A stretch of 64,000 nucleotides of DNA from contig CAWHCF010000044.1 in assembly GCA_963827655.1 (NCBI GenBank), forward strand, positions 32,001 to 96,000. The letters run 5' to 3'. Shown piece after piece: positions 10,413 to 20,510 of this stretch (positions within the stretch are counted from its first letter, which is position 1; each line of letters starts with the position of its first letter). This DNA is from an uncultured Acidobacteriota bacterium. GTDB taxonomy: Bacteria; Acidobacteriota; UBA6911. A program made the translations under genes and the position numbers. The notes beneath the pieces were generated by a model, which was given only the letters and a program-made list of their open reading frames with translations, did not search any database and had not been told where the DNA came from.

Positions 10413-11818
10413 TACAGAATGTACCGGCTCAGATCCTTGTCCTTCACGATCTCCCCAAGGCGGTCTCGCACGTATCCAGCATCGATTCGCACGGCTTTCC
10501 TTTTGAGTTCCATTCCCTGGAACGAGACGTCTTCCAGAAGCGCTTCCATGATGGTGTGGAGCCGGCGGGCGCCGATGTTTTCGGCGTTGTGGTTGACCAG
10601 GCAGGCCAGGCTGGCGATCTCTCGAATGGCATCCTCGGTAAAGCGAAGCCTTATCCCCTCGGTCTCCATCAAAGCCGTGTATTGCTTGATGAGGGCATTC
10701 TTGGGCTCTTTCAGTATTCGGACAAAGTCGTCCTCACCCAAGGTCTTCATCTCCACCCTGATAGGAAACCGCCCCTGGATTTCCGGAATGAGGTCCGAGG
10801 GCTTTGAGACGTGAAAGGCTCCGGCGGCGATAAAGAGGATATGATCCGTTCGCAACATTCCGTACCTGGTGTTGACGTTCGTGCCCTCGACGATCGGGAG
10901 AATGTCTCGCTGCACCCCTTCACGGCTTACATCAGGCCCGTGGCCCGACTCGCGTCCCGCAATCTTGTCGATCTCGTCGAGAAAAATGATTCCGTTCTGC
11001 TCTACTCGCTCCAGGGCTAAACGCGCTACCTGATCCATGTCGACCAATTTCTGTTCTTCTTCCTGAACGATGTATTCGGCCGCCTCGTCGACCCGCATCC
11101 GTCGCTTCTTGGGTTTTCCTTCCATCAGTCCCGCCAGGAGGTCACGCATGTTGAACTGCAGTTCTTCGAGGCTCGACCCTTCGAATACCTGCAAGGAGAG
11201 CGGGCTCATCGTGTGTTCCCGAACTTCCAGTTCGACCAGGCGGTGGTCCAGCTTGCCTGTCCTCAACTGCCGTCGTAGTTTCTCGCGCATCCGCTCCACG
11301 CGACCCAGTTCCCTGCCGTCGTCTTCCGGCGTACTGTCGTCGGGAACCGGCTGCAGGCTGGGCAGCAATAGATCGAGCAGACGTTCTTCGCCGTTTTGCT
11401 CCGCCTTTTCTTCAATCTCGGCTACTTTCTCGATCCGAACCATATCGACCGCAATCTCAACCAGGTCGCGCACCATGGATTCCACGTCCCGGCCGACGTA
11501 ACCAACTTCAGTAAATTTCGTAGCCTCGACTTTGAGGAAGGGGGAGTTTGCCAGGCGAGCCAAACGCCGCGCGATTTCGGTCTTTCCTACTCCGGTCGGA
11601 CCGATCATGATGATGTTCTTGGGCGCGATTTCTTCGGCCATCTCGTCATCGAGTTTTTGGCGGCGGATGCGGTTGCGCAGCGCAATGGCCACCGCCTTTT
11701 TCGCCCCCCGCTGTCCCACGACATACTTGTCCAGTTCGGCGACTATCTCGCGCGGCAGCATCTCGTCGAGCCCCCGCGTGTTCGCGGGCCGGCGTCGTGC
11801 AGCTTCAAGTATTCTCAT
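10412..11818 (-). CDS. hslU: ATP-dependent protease ATPase subunit HslU
   Basis: [40 protein letters not shown]-terminus; start moved to ATG 11818 because the upstream 25 codons are repeat-derived. Confidence 0.96.
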   Translation of the reverse strand: MRILEAARRRPANTRGLDEMLPREIVAELDKYVVGQRGAKKAVAIALRNRIRRQKLDDEMAEEIAPKNIIMIGPTGVGKTEIARRLARLANSPFLKVEATKFTEVGYVGRDVESMVRDLVEIAVDMVRIEKVAEIEEKAEQNGEERLLDLLLPSLQPVPDDSTPEDDGRELGRVERMREKLRRQLRTGKLDHRLVELEVREHTMSPLSLQVFEGSSLEELQFNMRDLLAGLMEGKPKKRRMRVDEAAEYIVQEEEQKLVDMDQVARLALERVEQNGIIFLDEIDKIAGRESGHGPDVSREGVQRDILPIVEGTNVNTRYGMLRTDHILFIAAGAFHVSKPSDLIPEIQGRFPIRVEMKTLGEDDFVRILKEPKNALIKQYTALMETEGIRLRFTEDAIREIASLACLVNHNAENIGARRLHTIMEALLEDVSFQGMELKRKAVRIDAGYVRDRLGEIVKDKDLSRYIL

Positions 11819-11905
11819 GCCTTGATTGCGGATTCCCGATTGCTGATTGCGGACTGAAACCGGTGACTCCGTTTCGGTCAACCGCAAATTCAATCGGCTA
11901 TCGGA

Positions 11906-12451
11906 TTATAGTTCTTCGACCACTATCTCGCCATTCGTATAAATACAGATTTCGCTCGCCACCCTGAGAGCTTCGAGAGCAACCTTCTTGGCTGGAAGTT
12001 TCGTGTGCCGGAGGAGGGCGCGCGCCGCAGCAAGGGCGTAAGTTCCCCCGGAGCCAACGGCCAGAACACCGTCGTCGGGCTCGATGACGTCGCCCGTCCC
12101 TGAAAGGAGATAAGTGGACCTGCCGTCGGTTGCCAGCAAGAACGCCTCAAGATGGCGCAATGCCCGATCGGTTCGCCATTCCTGAGCCAGGTCGACGGCG
12201 GCACGGTTCAGATTGCCTTGAAACTGCTCGAGCTTTGCCTCGAAGCGGGAGAAAAGAGCAAAGGCGTCCGCGGTAGCTCCAGCGAAACCCACGAGAATTC
12301 GATCGTTGTACATGCGGCGTATTTTTTTGGCACTCTGCTTGACGACAGTATCGCCCATGGTAACCTGACCGTCTCCGGCCATGGCAGTCTGGTTCCCACG
12401 CCGGACCAGCAGTACCGTGGTTCCTCGAAAAGGCGATGCCAACTTGATCAT
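11906..12451 (-). CDS. hslV: ATP-dependent protease peptidase subunit HslV
   Basis: GTT catalytic Thr after a short propeptide, [25 protein letters not shown]; GAGG RBS before ATG 12451. Confidence 0.96.
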   Translation of the reverse strand: MIKLASPFRGTTVLLVRRGNQTAMAGDGQVTMGDTVVKQSAKKIRRMYNDRILVGFAGATADAFALFSRFEAKLEQFQGNLNRAAVDLAQEWRTDRALRHLEAFLLATDGRSTYLLSGTGDVIEPDDGVLAVGSGGTYALAAARALLRHTKLPAKKVALEALRVASEICIYTNGEIVVEEL

Positions 12452-12594
12452 AACCTCATTGACAATCTGCTGAGTACAAATCCACAAATGAAGACGCGGG
12501 CACGCTCAATTGTTGATTGTCCATTGCCAATTGTCAATTCGCGTGAATCAGGTTGTACCGCAGCCACGCTTTCAGTAAGCTAGCTCGCTCTTCT

Positions 12595-13758
12595 ATGAAC
12601 TTTCTTCAATACCTTAGTTGCCCAAAGTGCTCGACGCGGTTTACCGGAGGAGTGGTTCACACTCTCTGCCGCTGCGGTTCTCCGCTTCTGGTCGAGTACG
12701 ATCTGGAACGGGCGCGCCAGAGTTTCGCTCGCTCATCCCTCAACGGTAGATCCGCAACCATGTGGCGCTATGCCGAACTGCTCCCGGTTCAGAATGACAC
12801 GAACATCGTATCCCTGGGCGAGGGATTCACGCCTCTCATTGCGACCGCTCGCCTGGGGAGAGCGCTCGGTTTACCGCATCTCTACATTAAAGACGAATCG
12901 ACCAATCCCACCGGATCCTTCAAGGCCCGGGGACTCAGCGCCGCGGTCAGTATGGCGAAAGAGTTGGGGTTGAAGAAGCTGGCCATTCCGTCGGCAGGAA
13001 ACGCCGCTGGAGCCATGGCAGCCTATGCCGCCCACGCCGGCCTCCAGTCTTACATATTCATGCCAGCCGATACTCCCCGGGCGAATATCCGCGAAGCTGA
13101 GGTCTTCGGGGCGCAGGTAAATCTGGTTAACGGCCTCATATCCGACTGCGGCAGAATTGTAGGAGAGCGCAAGGATCAAGAAGGCTGGTTCGACCTCTCC
13201 ACACTCAAAGAGCCTTATCGAATCGAAGGCAAGAAAACGATGGGCTATGAGCTGGCGGAACAGCTGGGGTGGGAACTGCCGGACGTGATTCTTTATCCGA
13301 CCGGCGGCGGGACCGGGCTGATCGGAATGTGGAAAGCGTTCCGGGAAATGGAAACGCTCGGCTGGATTGGTTCCAGCCGTCCCCGAATGGTAACGGTCCA
13401 GTCCGCAGGCTGCGCTCCATTGGTGCGCGCTTTTCACAATAACGAGACCAGCGCCGCGTTCTGGAACGACGCCCGGACCATCGCTTCGGGTCTCCGGGTG
13501 CCTCGCGCGATCGGCGATTTCCTCATCCTGCAGGCGTTGCGCGAAAGCCATGGCACGGCCGTCGCAGTAGAGGATAGCGAACTGGTTGATGCGATGAAGT
13601 TGTGCGGCAGGCTCGAAGGTCTTTTTCTCTGTCCTGAAGGCGCCGCCTGTCTACCGGCTTTGAGGAAACTGGTCGAGGCGGGCTGGGTCGGCGCTGACGA
13701 GAAGGTCGTGGTATTCAACACCGGCACGGGACTGAAATACCTGGAGGTGTTCGATTGA
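12595..13758 (+). CDS. thrC: Threonine synthase (PLP fold II)
   Basis: N-terminal CxxC..CxC, SLGEGFTPL, NPTGSFKARG, SAGNA, EGKKTMGYE, PTGGG, TGTGLK. Confidence 0.85.
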   Translation: MNFLQYLSCPKCSTRFTGGVVHTLCRCGSPLLVEYDLERARQSFARSSLNGRSATMWRYAELLPVQNDTNIVSLGEGFTPLIATARLGRALGLPHLYIKDESTNPTGSFKARGLSAAVSMAKELGLKKLAIPSAGNAAGAMAAYAAHAGLQSYIFMPADTPRANIREAEVFGAQVNLVNGLISDCGRIVGERKDQEGWFDLSTLKEPYRIEGKKTMGYELAEQLGWELPDVILYPTGGGTGLIGMWKAFREMETLGWIGSSRPRMVTVQSAGCAPLVRAFHNNETSAAFWNDARTIASGLRVPRAIGDFLILQALRESHGTAVAVEDSELVDAMKLCGRLEGLFLCPEGAACLPALRKLVEAGWVGADEKVVVFNTGTGLKYLEVFD

Positions 13759-14969
13759 CTGTCCGTTTGTATTATGAAGACTCCTACCTGACCCGGTTTT
13801 CCGCCAACGTAATCGATCTCTTTCCGTCGAACGCCCAGACGGCCGTCGTTCTGGACCAAACTGCCTTCTACCCTACTTCCGGCGGGCAGCCTTATGACAC
13901 GGGAGTTCTCGGCACCTCGCGGGTGATTAAGGTTGAAGAGGACGATTCAGGCAGGGTAACACACATCCTGGATTCACCCCTTCCTCTCGGCCCTACCAGC
14001 GGTCTCATCGACTGGAGCCGCCGATTCGATCACATGCAGCAGCACACGGGCCAGCACATTCTCTCCCAGGCCTTCGTCCAGGTAGCCCAGCTGCCTACCA
14101 TATCGTTTCATTTGGGAACCGACACCTCGACCATTGACCTGGAACAACCAGTCGCGTCGAACTCGTTAATCCAGGAGGTTGAGGAACTTGCTTCACGCAT
14201 CGTCTTCGAAGATCGGCCCGTGCATACTCTGACTGTTGGAGCCGGCGATCTCGCGGCCCTGGGAGTCCGCAAGGAGTCTCAACGTACCGGCGATATTCGG
14301 GTGATCGATGTGGAAGGGTTCGATCGCTCGCCCTGTGGCGGCACCCATGTCCGCCGCTCGGGAGAGATCGGGTTGGTGTCAATCCTGGGCCACGAACGGT
14401 ACAAAGGAGGAACTCGGGTGGAGTTTGCCTGTGGGGGAAGAGCGCTGAGGATCCTGCGTACCGACCACGGAATATTGAAAGCTCTGGGAAACCTTTATTC
14501 CGGAAAGCTGGAGGACCTTCATCGTCTCGCGACCAAGGTTTTGGAGGAACGGTCGCAACTGGGCCGGGAGAATTCGAGGTTGCGGGAAGAACTGCTCGAC
14601 TTCGAAGCGCGTGAGCTGCTGCTGGCAGCGAGAAAAATCAGCGGCCTTCTCATCGTGCGCAAAAGTTTCACCAACCGGGACCTGGAAAGCTTGAAGATCC
14701 TGGCGCAAAGGCTCGCTGCGCGGGGAGGCGTGCTTGCCCTTCTTGCCTTGATCAATGACACAGGTCAGGTCGTCGTGGCACGCAGCCGCGACATTGCTGG
14801 AGACTGCGGCGATGCGGTAAAGAAGACGGCGGCCAGGCTAGGGGGGCGCGGCGGCGGCAGGCCCGAGCTGGCGCAAGCCGGAGGATTACCGGCCGAGGGG
14901 CTGGAAGATTGGTTGCAGAGCGTCGAAGACTATTTCATACATCCCGCAGGGAAGGAAACCTCGCACTGA
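13755..14969 (+). CDS. Alanyl-tRNA editing protein (AlaX-type with C-terminal DHHA1)
   Basis: TAFYPTSGGQPYD, HMQQHTGQH, PCGGTH, GGRGGGRP; TTG start overlaps thrC stop. Confidence 0.9.
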   Translation: MTVRLYYEDSYLTRFSANVIDLFPSNAQTAVVLDQTAFYPTSGGQPYDTGVLGTSRVIKVEEDDSGRVTHILDSPLPLGPTSGLIDWSRRFDHMQQHTGQHILSQAFVQVAQLPTISFHLGTDTSTIDLEQPVASNSLIQEVEELASRIVFEDRPVHTLTVGAGDLAALGVRKESQRTGDIRVIDVEGFDRSPCGGTHVRRSGEIGLVSILGHERYKGGTRVEFACGGRALRILRTDHGILKALGNLYSGKLEDLHRLATKVLEERSQLGRENSRLREELLDFEARELLLAARKISGLLIVRKSFTNRDLESLKILAQRLAARGGVLALLALINDTGQVVVARSRDIAGDCGDAVKKTAARLGGRGGGRPELAQAGGLPAEGLEDWLQSVEDYFIHPAGKETSH

Positions 14970-14982
14970 CGCGGGAACGCAA

Positions 14983-15609
14983 TCAATCTCTCAGGGGCGG
15001 CCCCGGCCCGCGAGTGCCAAGCATCTCGAGCTTCAGAACGCGCCAGTCATCGCGAAAGTCAGGCGAGTCCAGGTTAATACGATTCACTTTTAGCGACAGA
15101 TTCTCGAAGTCGAAACTTGCCAGAGGAACCAGCCTGAAGTCCTCTTCGCCGATACGGACTGTAACCCCCAGGAGTTCTCGCTCATCAGCAAATTCTCCTT
15201 GCAATCGGACTCCGAAAGAGGATCTCGGCCGCATCCTGAGCGAAGGGACAGTAACCGGTTCTTTGGGGTCTCCTGTATCTATGATGAAAAACTTGCCTGG
15301 AATCTTGCGATTCTCCAGTGTCAACCGAATCTGCTTGGCTTGAAGGTTCTGGTCCTTATCGACCATCGAAATGAAGTTGAAGAGCAAAACGCCTGGCTTG
15401 ACCACCTCGACTGTGAAAATGTACTCGCGATCCACGAAGGCAAGATAGGCGCTTTTTTCGAGAGGCGCAGCTTTGGCCTTGTCCTCGACCTTGACCTGGG
15501 TAGAAGCCTGGTTGTAAGGATGGAAGAATCCGCAGAGCAAGCCGGCCAGAACCGCGATGCGGTGGGTTGATTTCATATCTGTCTTCTTTGCGTCGGTATT
15601 TGATACCAT
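14983..15609 (-). CDS. Hypothetical exported protein
   Basis: 208-aa ORF with N-terminal hydrophobic segment; start may be at the second Met (~15576); no family recognised. Confidence 0.7.
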   Translation of the reverse strand: MVSNTDAKKTDMKSTHRIAVLAGLLCGFFHPYNQASTQVKVEDKAKAAPLEKSAYLAFVDREYIFTVEVVKPGVLLFNFISMVDKDQNLQAKQIRLTLENRKIPGKFFIIDTGDPKEPVTVPSLRMRPRSSFGVRLQGEFADERELLGVTVRIGEEDFRLVPLASFDFENLSLKVNRINLDSPDFRDDWRVLKLEMLGTRGPGPPLRD

Positions 15610-15828
15610 AGGCGCCGCGCGGCGTGAAGCCTGGATCGTGGCAAAGTTTCACGCCAAGAACCTGACGCACCCGTGAGGCCGCAACCAGAGTGCTCTTAGT
15701 GTTTCTTCGTGGCTTCGTGGTTAGAGCTGTCTAACAAATACCTCTAAGACTCAAAGACACAAAGAAACACAAGAATCATCGCAAAAAAACAAGAAGTTAC
15801 GACCCAGTAATACAAGGATAAAATCCTC

Positions 15829-16449
15829 CTGAGAAATATCACTCCCTTCATTCTCGCCGCCGGCGAGTCGTCGAGAATCGGGTTTCCCAAGGCTTTATTG
15901 CCTCTTGGTCATCGCACTTTTCTGACCTGCATCCTCGACACTCTGGAGGAACTTGATCTTGCTGAGCCCTGCGTGATCCTGGGATCGCATGCGGAGCGGA
16001 TTCGACCGCAGCTCCTTGATCGCCGCGCGCGCGTGGTCATTAACCCTGACCCAGGTCAGGGTCAGCTTTCCTCGATCAAACTTGCTCTGGAGCGGATCGA
16101 GGCGAGTTGCTCCGCGTGCTTGATATGGCCTGTAGACCAACCCGGTGTACCAGGCACAGTCGTACGCGATCTGATCCAGCTTTTTGAGAGTACGGCTTCC
16201 AAGATTGTCCTTCCAGTCTATCAAGACAGGAGAGGACATCCGGCGTTATTCAGCAGATCCTTGTTTGCCGAGCTGCTCGACACGCCGCTGAATGAGGGGG
16301 CGCGCGCGGTCGTGCTGGGTCACCGCAATGAGATTGGGCTCGTACAGACGACTGAGCCCGCCACAGTCCTCGACATCGACACAGCGGAGGATTACCGCCG
16401 CCTGACGGGGGAAACGCTGGAATCAGCGATCAAGCGAAGCAGGCAGTAG
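15829..16449 (+). CDS. MocA/YgfJ-like nucleotidyltransferase family protein
   Basis: In-frame ILAAGESSRIGFPKALL lies upstream of the ORF-track start; also GQLSSI, PVDQP, GHPALF, DIDTAEDY; start probably CTG 15829. Confidence 0.88.
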   Translation: MRNITPFILAAGESSRIGFPKALLPLGHRTFLTCILDTLEELDLAEPCVILGSHAERIRPQLLDRRARVVINPDPGQGQLSSIKLALERIEASCSACLIWPVDQPGVPGTVVRDLIQLFESTASKIVLPVYQDRRGHPALFSRSLFAELLDTPLNEGARAVVLGHRNEIGLVQTTEPATVLDIDTAEDYRRLTGETLESAIKRSRQ

Positions 16450-16663
16450 GCGGTGGGCGGTGTCGGGCGGGAGATGGATATTAAGCTCGTGAAACTACAA
16501 CGCCAGGAAACGGGCATCCCCGGAGGCGTGGAAATGAAAAGCCGAAATCAGACCTGTTCCGGTTCAGCTGGAAATGGAGAAGCGTTCCCCTGTTAAGATA
16601 ATGGAGGATTACTTCCGGATGGCCGACGGCCCGGAAGTATTACAGGTCAAGGAGCAGAGAGCC

Positions 16664-17224
16664 GTGACCACGCGCCAACACAAGGTCGACACCCAACTCG
16701 GCCGAGCCGCAGTCCAGATCTTTGCCGCCAATGATCGCATGAACCAGATTCTTATCGAACATCTTGACCCTACCGCGTGGAGAGCCAAACCGCCCGGCAA
16801 GGTCCGCACCATTGCGGCGATCTTCACCCACATGCACAATGTCCGCTCCAAGTGGGTCCGGCTTACAGCTCCGCACTTGAAGGTTCCACGACAGCTCAAC
16901 CGCGCGCACTGCACGCCGCAGCAGGCCCGTGCGGGATTGGCCGAGAGCGCCGCACGCTGCGCGGAGATGCTCGCCGAAGCGCTCGGCGGTTGTGGGGGCC
17001 GCGTCGAGAAGTTTCGCAGAGACGGCTGGGCTCCGCCTTGGCCGGTTGGTCTGGAAATGCTGTGCTACATGCTTTCTCATGAAGCCCACCATCGCGGGCA
17101 GGTGTGTATGCTCGCGCATCAGCTCGGATTCCCGTTGCCGAAAGAGGGGGCGTACCGGATCTGGAATTGGGAAAAGCTGTGGAAAGAGTGCGGATCGCCT
17201 GGCGGCCCCGGCTACGATTCTTAA
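16664..17224 (+). CDS. DinB-family protein
   Basis: IFTHMHNVR and HEAHHRGQ metal-binding His motifs; AAGGAG before GTG 16664. Confidence 0.88.
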   Translation: MTTRQHKVDTQLGRAAVQIFAANDRMNQILIEHLDPTAWRAKPPGKVRTIAAIFTHMHNVRSKWVRLTAPHLKVPRQLNRAHCTPQQARAGLAESAARCAEMLAEALGGCGGRVEKFRRDGWAPPWPVGLEMLCYMLSHEAHHRGQVCMLAHQLGFPLPKEGAYRIWNWEKLWKECGSPGGPGYDS

Positions 17225-17227
17225 GGA

Positions 17228-17348
17228 ATGGCTGATAGCTGACGATCAGACTTATTTAGAAGAAGACGCAATACGCAAGCTAATGGACCTGGCGGTGAAG
17301 TTAACCAACAGACTCGTTGCTTCCCTGTCTCAGCGGCAAAGTCTCTGA
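17228..17348 (+). pseudogene. Possible C-terminal remnant of a four-helix-bundle (23S-IVP/Avd-like) gene
   Basis: Frame reads LIADDQTYLEEDAIRKLMDLAVKLTNRLVASL*, resembling the IAxDxxYL...LNGLIxSL C-terminus of that family. Confidence 0.45.
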
Positions 17349-17361
17349 ATATCCGGGGAGC

Positions 17362-19026
17362 CTACTGCCTGCCACCTACTGCCCACTGCTCTTCTTCGCT
17401 TTGTCCCTGTCCAAGCGCCAAAACCCCTGAATATCCAGGCACCGTACTGCCTATTGCCTTCTGCCTACTGCCTACTGCTTCCTCTGGCAGGTTCGATTTC
17501 TTCAAGCCCTGAGCCAGCGAGCAGAATCCCGTGAAAAAGTATCCGAACTGAAAGAGAAAGAGAAATGGTACCACGCCATAAATACCAAGCTGGATCGCAT
17601 AGAAGTTGACGCAGGTAAAGTAAACGCCCATCGCAATTTCAATCAACGGTATAACGCCGACCTCAGCCCGATACTTCTTGTTCCTCCACTCTCCTTTAAC
17701 TCCTTCAACGGAGAACTTCGGCGTTCGAATGAAAGGGCTCTTGATCCCGAAGGCTCCTTCCAGAACCGCCTTGGCAACTGACACGCTCATGCCGATTCCG
17801 ACCGCAATCAGGCCCGGCAAGTAGAGAATCCTCTTATACCAGTCCCGGTGCAGTACCTTCTGTGAAGTCAGGTAAAAAGTCGAGACGCTGCTGAAAGAGA
17901 GCAGGAATAGTGGCAAGTCGACCGTCAGCAGCTCAAACCAGCCTTGATTGAAACGGATAATCAAAGCTGGAAAGAGGATAAACGACAAGACCAGCATGAG
18001 CGGATAGCAAATGTTGCCAGTAAGGTGATACCACGCCTCAAGCTTCTCACCGGCGCTAAGATCGCTCTTCAGGATTCGAAGAAGCACCTTCTTACACGTC
18101 TGCATAGCGCCTTTCGCCCAACGGCACTGCTGCGACTTGAAAGAGTTCATCTCCACAGGCAATTCCGCGGGAACCGTCAGGTCAGGAAGGAAAACAAATT
18201 TCCACCCTTTTATCTGGGCGCGGTAGCTAAGGTCGAGGTCCTCCGTAAGGGTGTCGTGCTCCCACCCGCCGGCATCATCAATCGTCTTTCTGCGAATTAT
18301 TCCCGCTGTTCCGTTGAAATTAAAGAAGCGGCCACTTACGAAGCGCGTAAAACTCTCCAGCATGAAGTGACCGTCCAGAAAGATAGCCTGGGTCCTGGTA
18401 AGAAACGAATACTCCCGGTTCAAGTGCTCCCAGCGCCCCTGGACCATGCCGATTCTGGGATCAGTAAAGTGGTGTATCGCTCTCTGAAGAAAATCCGGCT
18501 CGGGCACGAAATCCGCGTCGAAGATAGCGATGAAGTCGCCTTTGGCGCTGCGAAGGCCATTCTCGAGGGCTCCGGCCTTGAAGCCGTTTCGATTGGAGCG
18601 ATGGATGTAATGAATATCGAGGCCGAGGTTGCGCCATCGCTCCACCGCATTGCGCGCCACTACCTGGGTCTCATCGGTGGAGTCGTCGAGCACCTGGATC
18701 TCAAGGCGGTTTCTCGGATAATCAAATGCGCAAGCCGCATCAATCACCCGTTCCATCACATACATTTCGTTGTACGAAGGGATTTGTACCGTGACTCGAG
18801 GGAGTTCAGTGAACTGTTCTTTGACCACCGCGACATTTTTGCGGTAGCGGTGAAAGAAGTACACCATGATGTAGCGGTGAAGCCCGTAAAAGGCCAAGAT
18901 TGCCAGAATCACAAAGTAGGCAAGAGCGATTGCAAAGTCGAAGCTCTCCATGTGGTACAGGTAAGAAATATTCCCTGTCCTCACGAACTTTTCGTAATCC
19001 GAAATCCCGGGCCTCCAAAACTCCAT
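17362..19026 (-). CDS. GT2 processive glycosyltransferase (cellulose synthase-like, CslA/C type)
   Basis: DDSTD, GFKAGAL, FDADF, TEDLDLS, QQCRW motifs; multiple TM segments. Confidence 0.92.
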   Translation of the reverse strand: MEFWRPGISDYEKFVRTGNISYLYHMESFDFAIALAYFVILAILAFYGLHRYIMVYFFHRYRKNVAVVKEQFTELPRVTVQIPSYNEMYVMERVIDAACAFDYPRNRLEIQVLDDSTDETQVVARNAVERWRNLGLDIHYIHRSNRNGFKAGALENGLRSAKGDFIAIFDADFVPEPDFLQRAIHHFTDPRIGMVQGRWEHLNREYSFLTRTQAIFLDGHFMLESFTRFVSGRFFNFNGTAGIIRRKTIDDAGGWEHDTLTEDLDLSYRAQIKGWKFVFLPDLTVPAELPVEMNSFKSQQCRWAKGAMQTCKKVLLRILKSDLSAGEKLEAWYHLTGNICYPLMLVLSFILFPALIIRFNQGWFELLTVDLPLFLLSFSSVSTFYLTSQKVLHRDWYKRILYLPGLIAVGIGMSVSVAKAVLEGAFGIKSPFIRTPKFSVEGVKGEWRNKKYRAEVGVIPLIEIAMGVYFTCVNFYAIQLGIYGVVPFLFLFQFGYFFTGFCSLAQGLKKSNLPEEAVGSRQKAIGSTVPGYSGVLALGQGQSEEEQWAVGGRQ

Positions 19027-19306
19027 GATTCCCTCGCCCGAGGAGTATGGAGAAATAATGTTCGCGGGTTGTCACTTCCCTGTACGAAATTGTCCGTGAT
19101 TGTAATCAATTGTATTACGAGGGGTTATTCGATTTACGATTTACGATTGACGATTGTAACAACCGAGTCGTTGGTTGAGCTCAATCGCCAATCTTCAATC
19201 AATCGTGAAGGACGTCTTTGCCCAGACTCGACCGTCGCAGTCGCCGTAAGCCGCGGGCTTCAGACCACGGTTTCTATGATGAAAGCCTCAAAACCGCAAT
19301 CCAGTA

Positions 19307-20510
19307 TCAGGCACGGGTTGTCTGGCGCAGCAAAACGCGCGAGCGATAGAGCCACTGCCGGTTCTCTTTCTTAAAAAAACGGGGATTGGCCCGAGCCTGT
19401 TCCAGGACAGTGTTCAGCTGGGAGCGCATTTCCTCGTCCTGAGAGAGCTTCTGGAAAGTTATCGCAAGCCAGTATCTCCCCTCGGGATCCGAGTTCCGCT
19501 TCTCGAGAAAAAACTGGAGGAACTCTTTCGCTTTCTCGAACTGGCCGTTGTGAAGGTACGCCTTACCAACATCCCGAAAAATATCTCCCAGCCGATAGTT
19601 GGGGGCCAGCCGATAGGTTTCCTCATACTGTTCCAGAGCGCTGGGCCAGTCTCCTTTCGCCTCGAACACCCGACCCAGGTAATAGTGGTAATCCGGATCC
19701 CGAGAATCGATTCTCAAAGCGTTCTCGAAGTATCTCTGGGCGGCATCAAGGTTGTCGCGCTTGAGATGAATCAAACCGAGCTGATGATGGGCATCCGCAT
19801 CTTGCGGATTGAGAGTCAGGCCGTGAAGGCGCTCTTGAAAATTCCGCACCCCAACCCTCGCGGCAACAAGACTGCGAGAACGCTGAAATAATAGATAAAG
19901 AAGCGGAACCAGCACGAAGAGCGGAAGAGCGAACAAGAACATCGTGAGCAAGTAGAATGCGGGGAGAGTGAACCAGCTCAGAACGAAAACTCCAAGCGCC
20001 ACCACAGGTGAAACATAATTAAGCTCTTTGACGGCCCAGACGGTATAGATCGCCGACGAGCAACCCGACCCCGAGTAAACCTGTGCCGATTTCGAAGACA
20101 CCCAGCGCCAGGAAATGCGGCGGAACCCAATGCAACGGGGTCGCTATGGCAAACAGGATTCCCCAGAGCGGGAAAAGCGTCGAAACGTGAGCCCGGTATT
20201 CGTCACGGGAAAACGAAAGCCCGAGCCCATCGCCGGCGAATGCATTACTCAGCGAGATCACGGCGGGAACATAAACCACCGATAGGAACAACAGAGCCTG
20301 GATCAGATTAGTCGCGAAGATCGAGTGAAGCAGGCTGCCTTTTTCGGCCGGGCCCAATTCTGCATGGACCGCGTTGCGCGCCAGGACGAAAGCCAGAAAA
20401 CCGCAGCCTAGAATTGAACAGGCCGGCAACAGCGCCTGCCGGGCGGCCAGCGCTCGCAGGCCACGCGAGCGGAATGCCAGCATTGCCATGAGATCCCGCA
20501 GGAAGTTCAT
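19307..20510 (-). CDS. Multi-TM membrane protein with C-terminal TPRs; one frameshift near 20052
   Basis: ORF 20019-20510 (TM helices) joins ORF 19307-20101 (TM+TPR) if one base is removed (...LLVAIYTVWAV...); ATGA overlap with the response regulator stop. Confidence 0.75.

Noticed and set aside
11819-11893. N-terminal extension of HslU in the ORF track
   Set aside because: Translates heptamer repeats ([11 protein letters not shown]); ATG 11818 is the more plausible start.
15695-15775. CRISPR-like interpretation of the short periodic repeats
   Set aside because: No constant 23-47-bp repeats separated by unique spacers, and no cas genes in the window.
16473-16595. 40-codon ORF upstream of dinB
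   Set aside because: No recognisable similarity and RBS spacing too short; could not link it to the four-helix-bundle remnant.
17944-19374. 476-aa plus-strand ORF
   Set aside because: Antisense shadow of the well-supported GT2 gene; no motifs or RBS. Such shadows are common in GC-rich DNA, and the same applies to most overlapping ORFs in the track.
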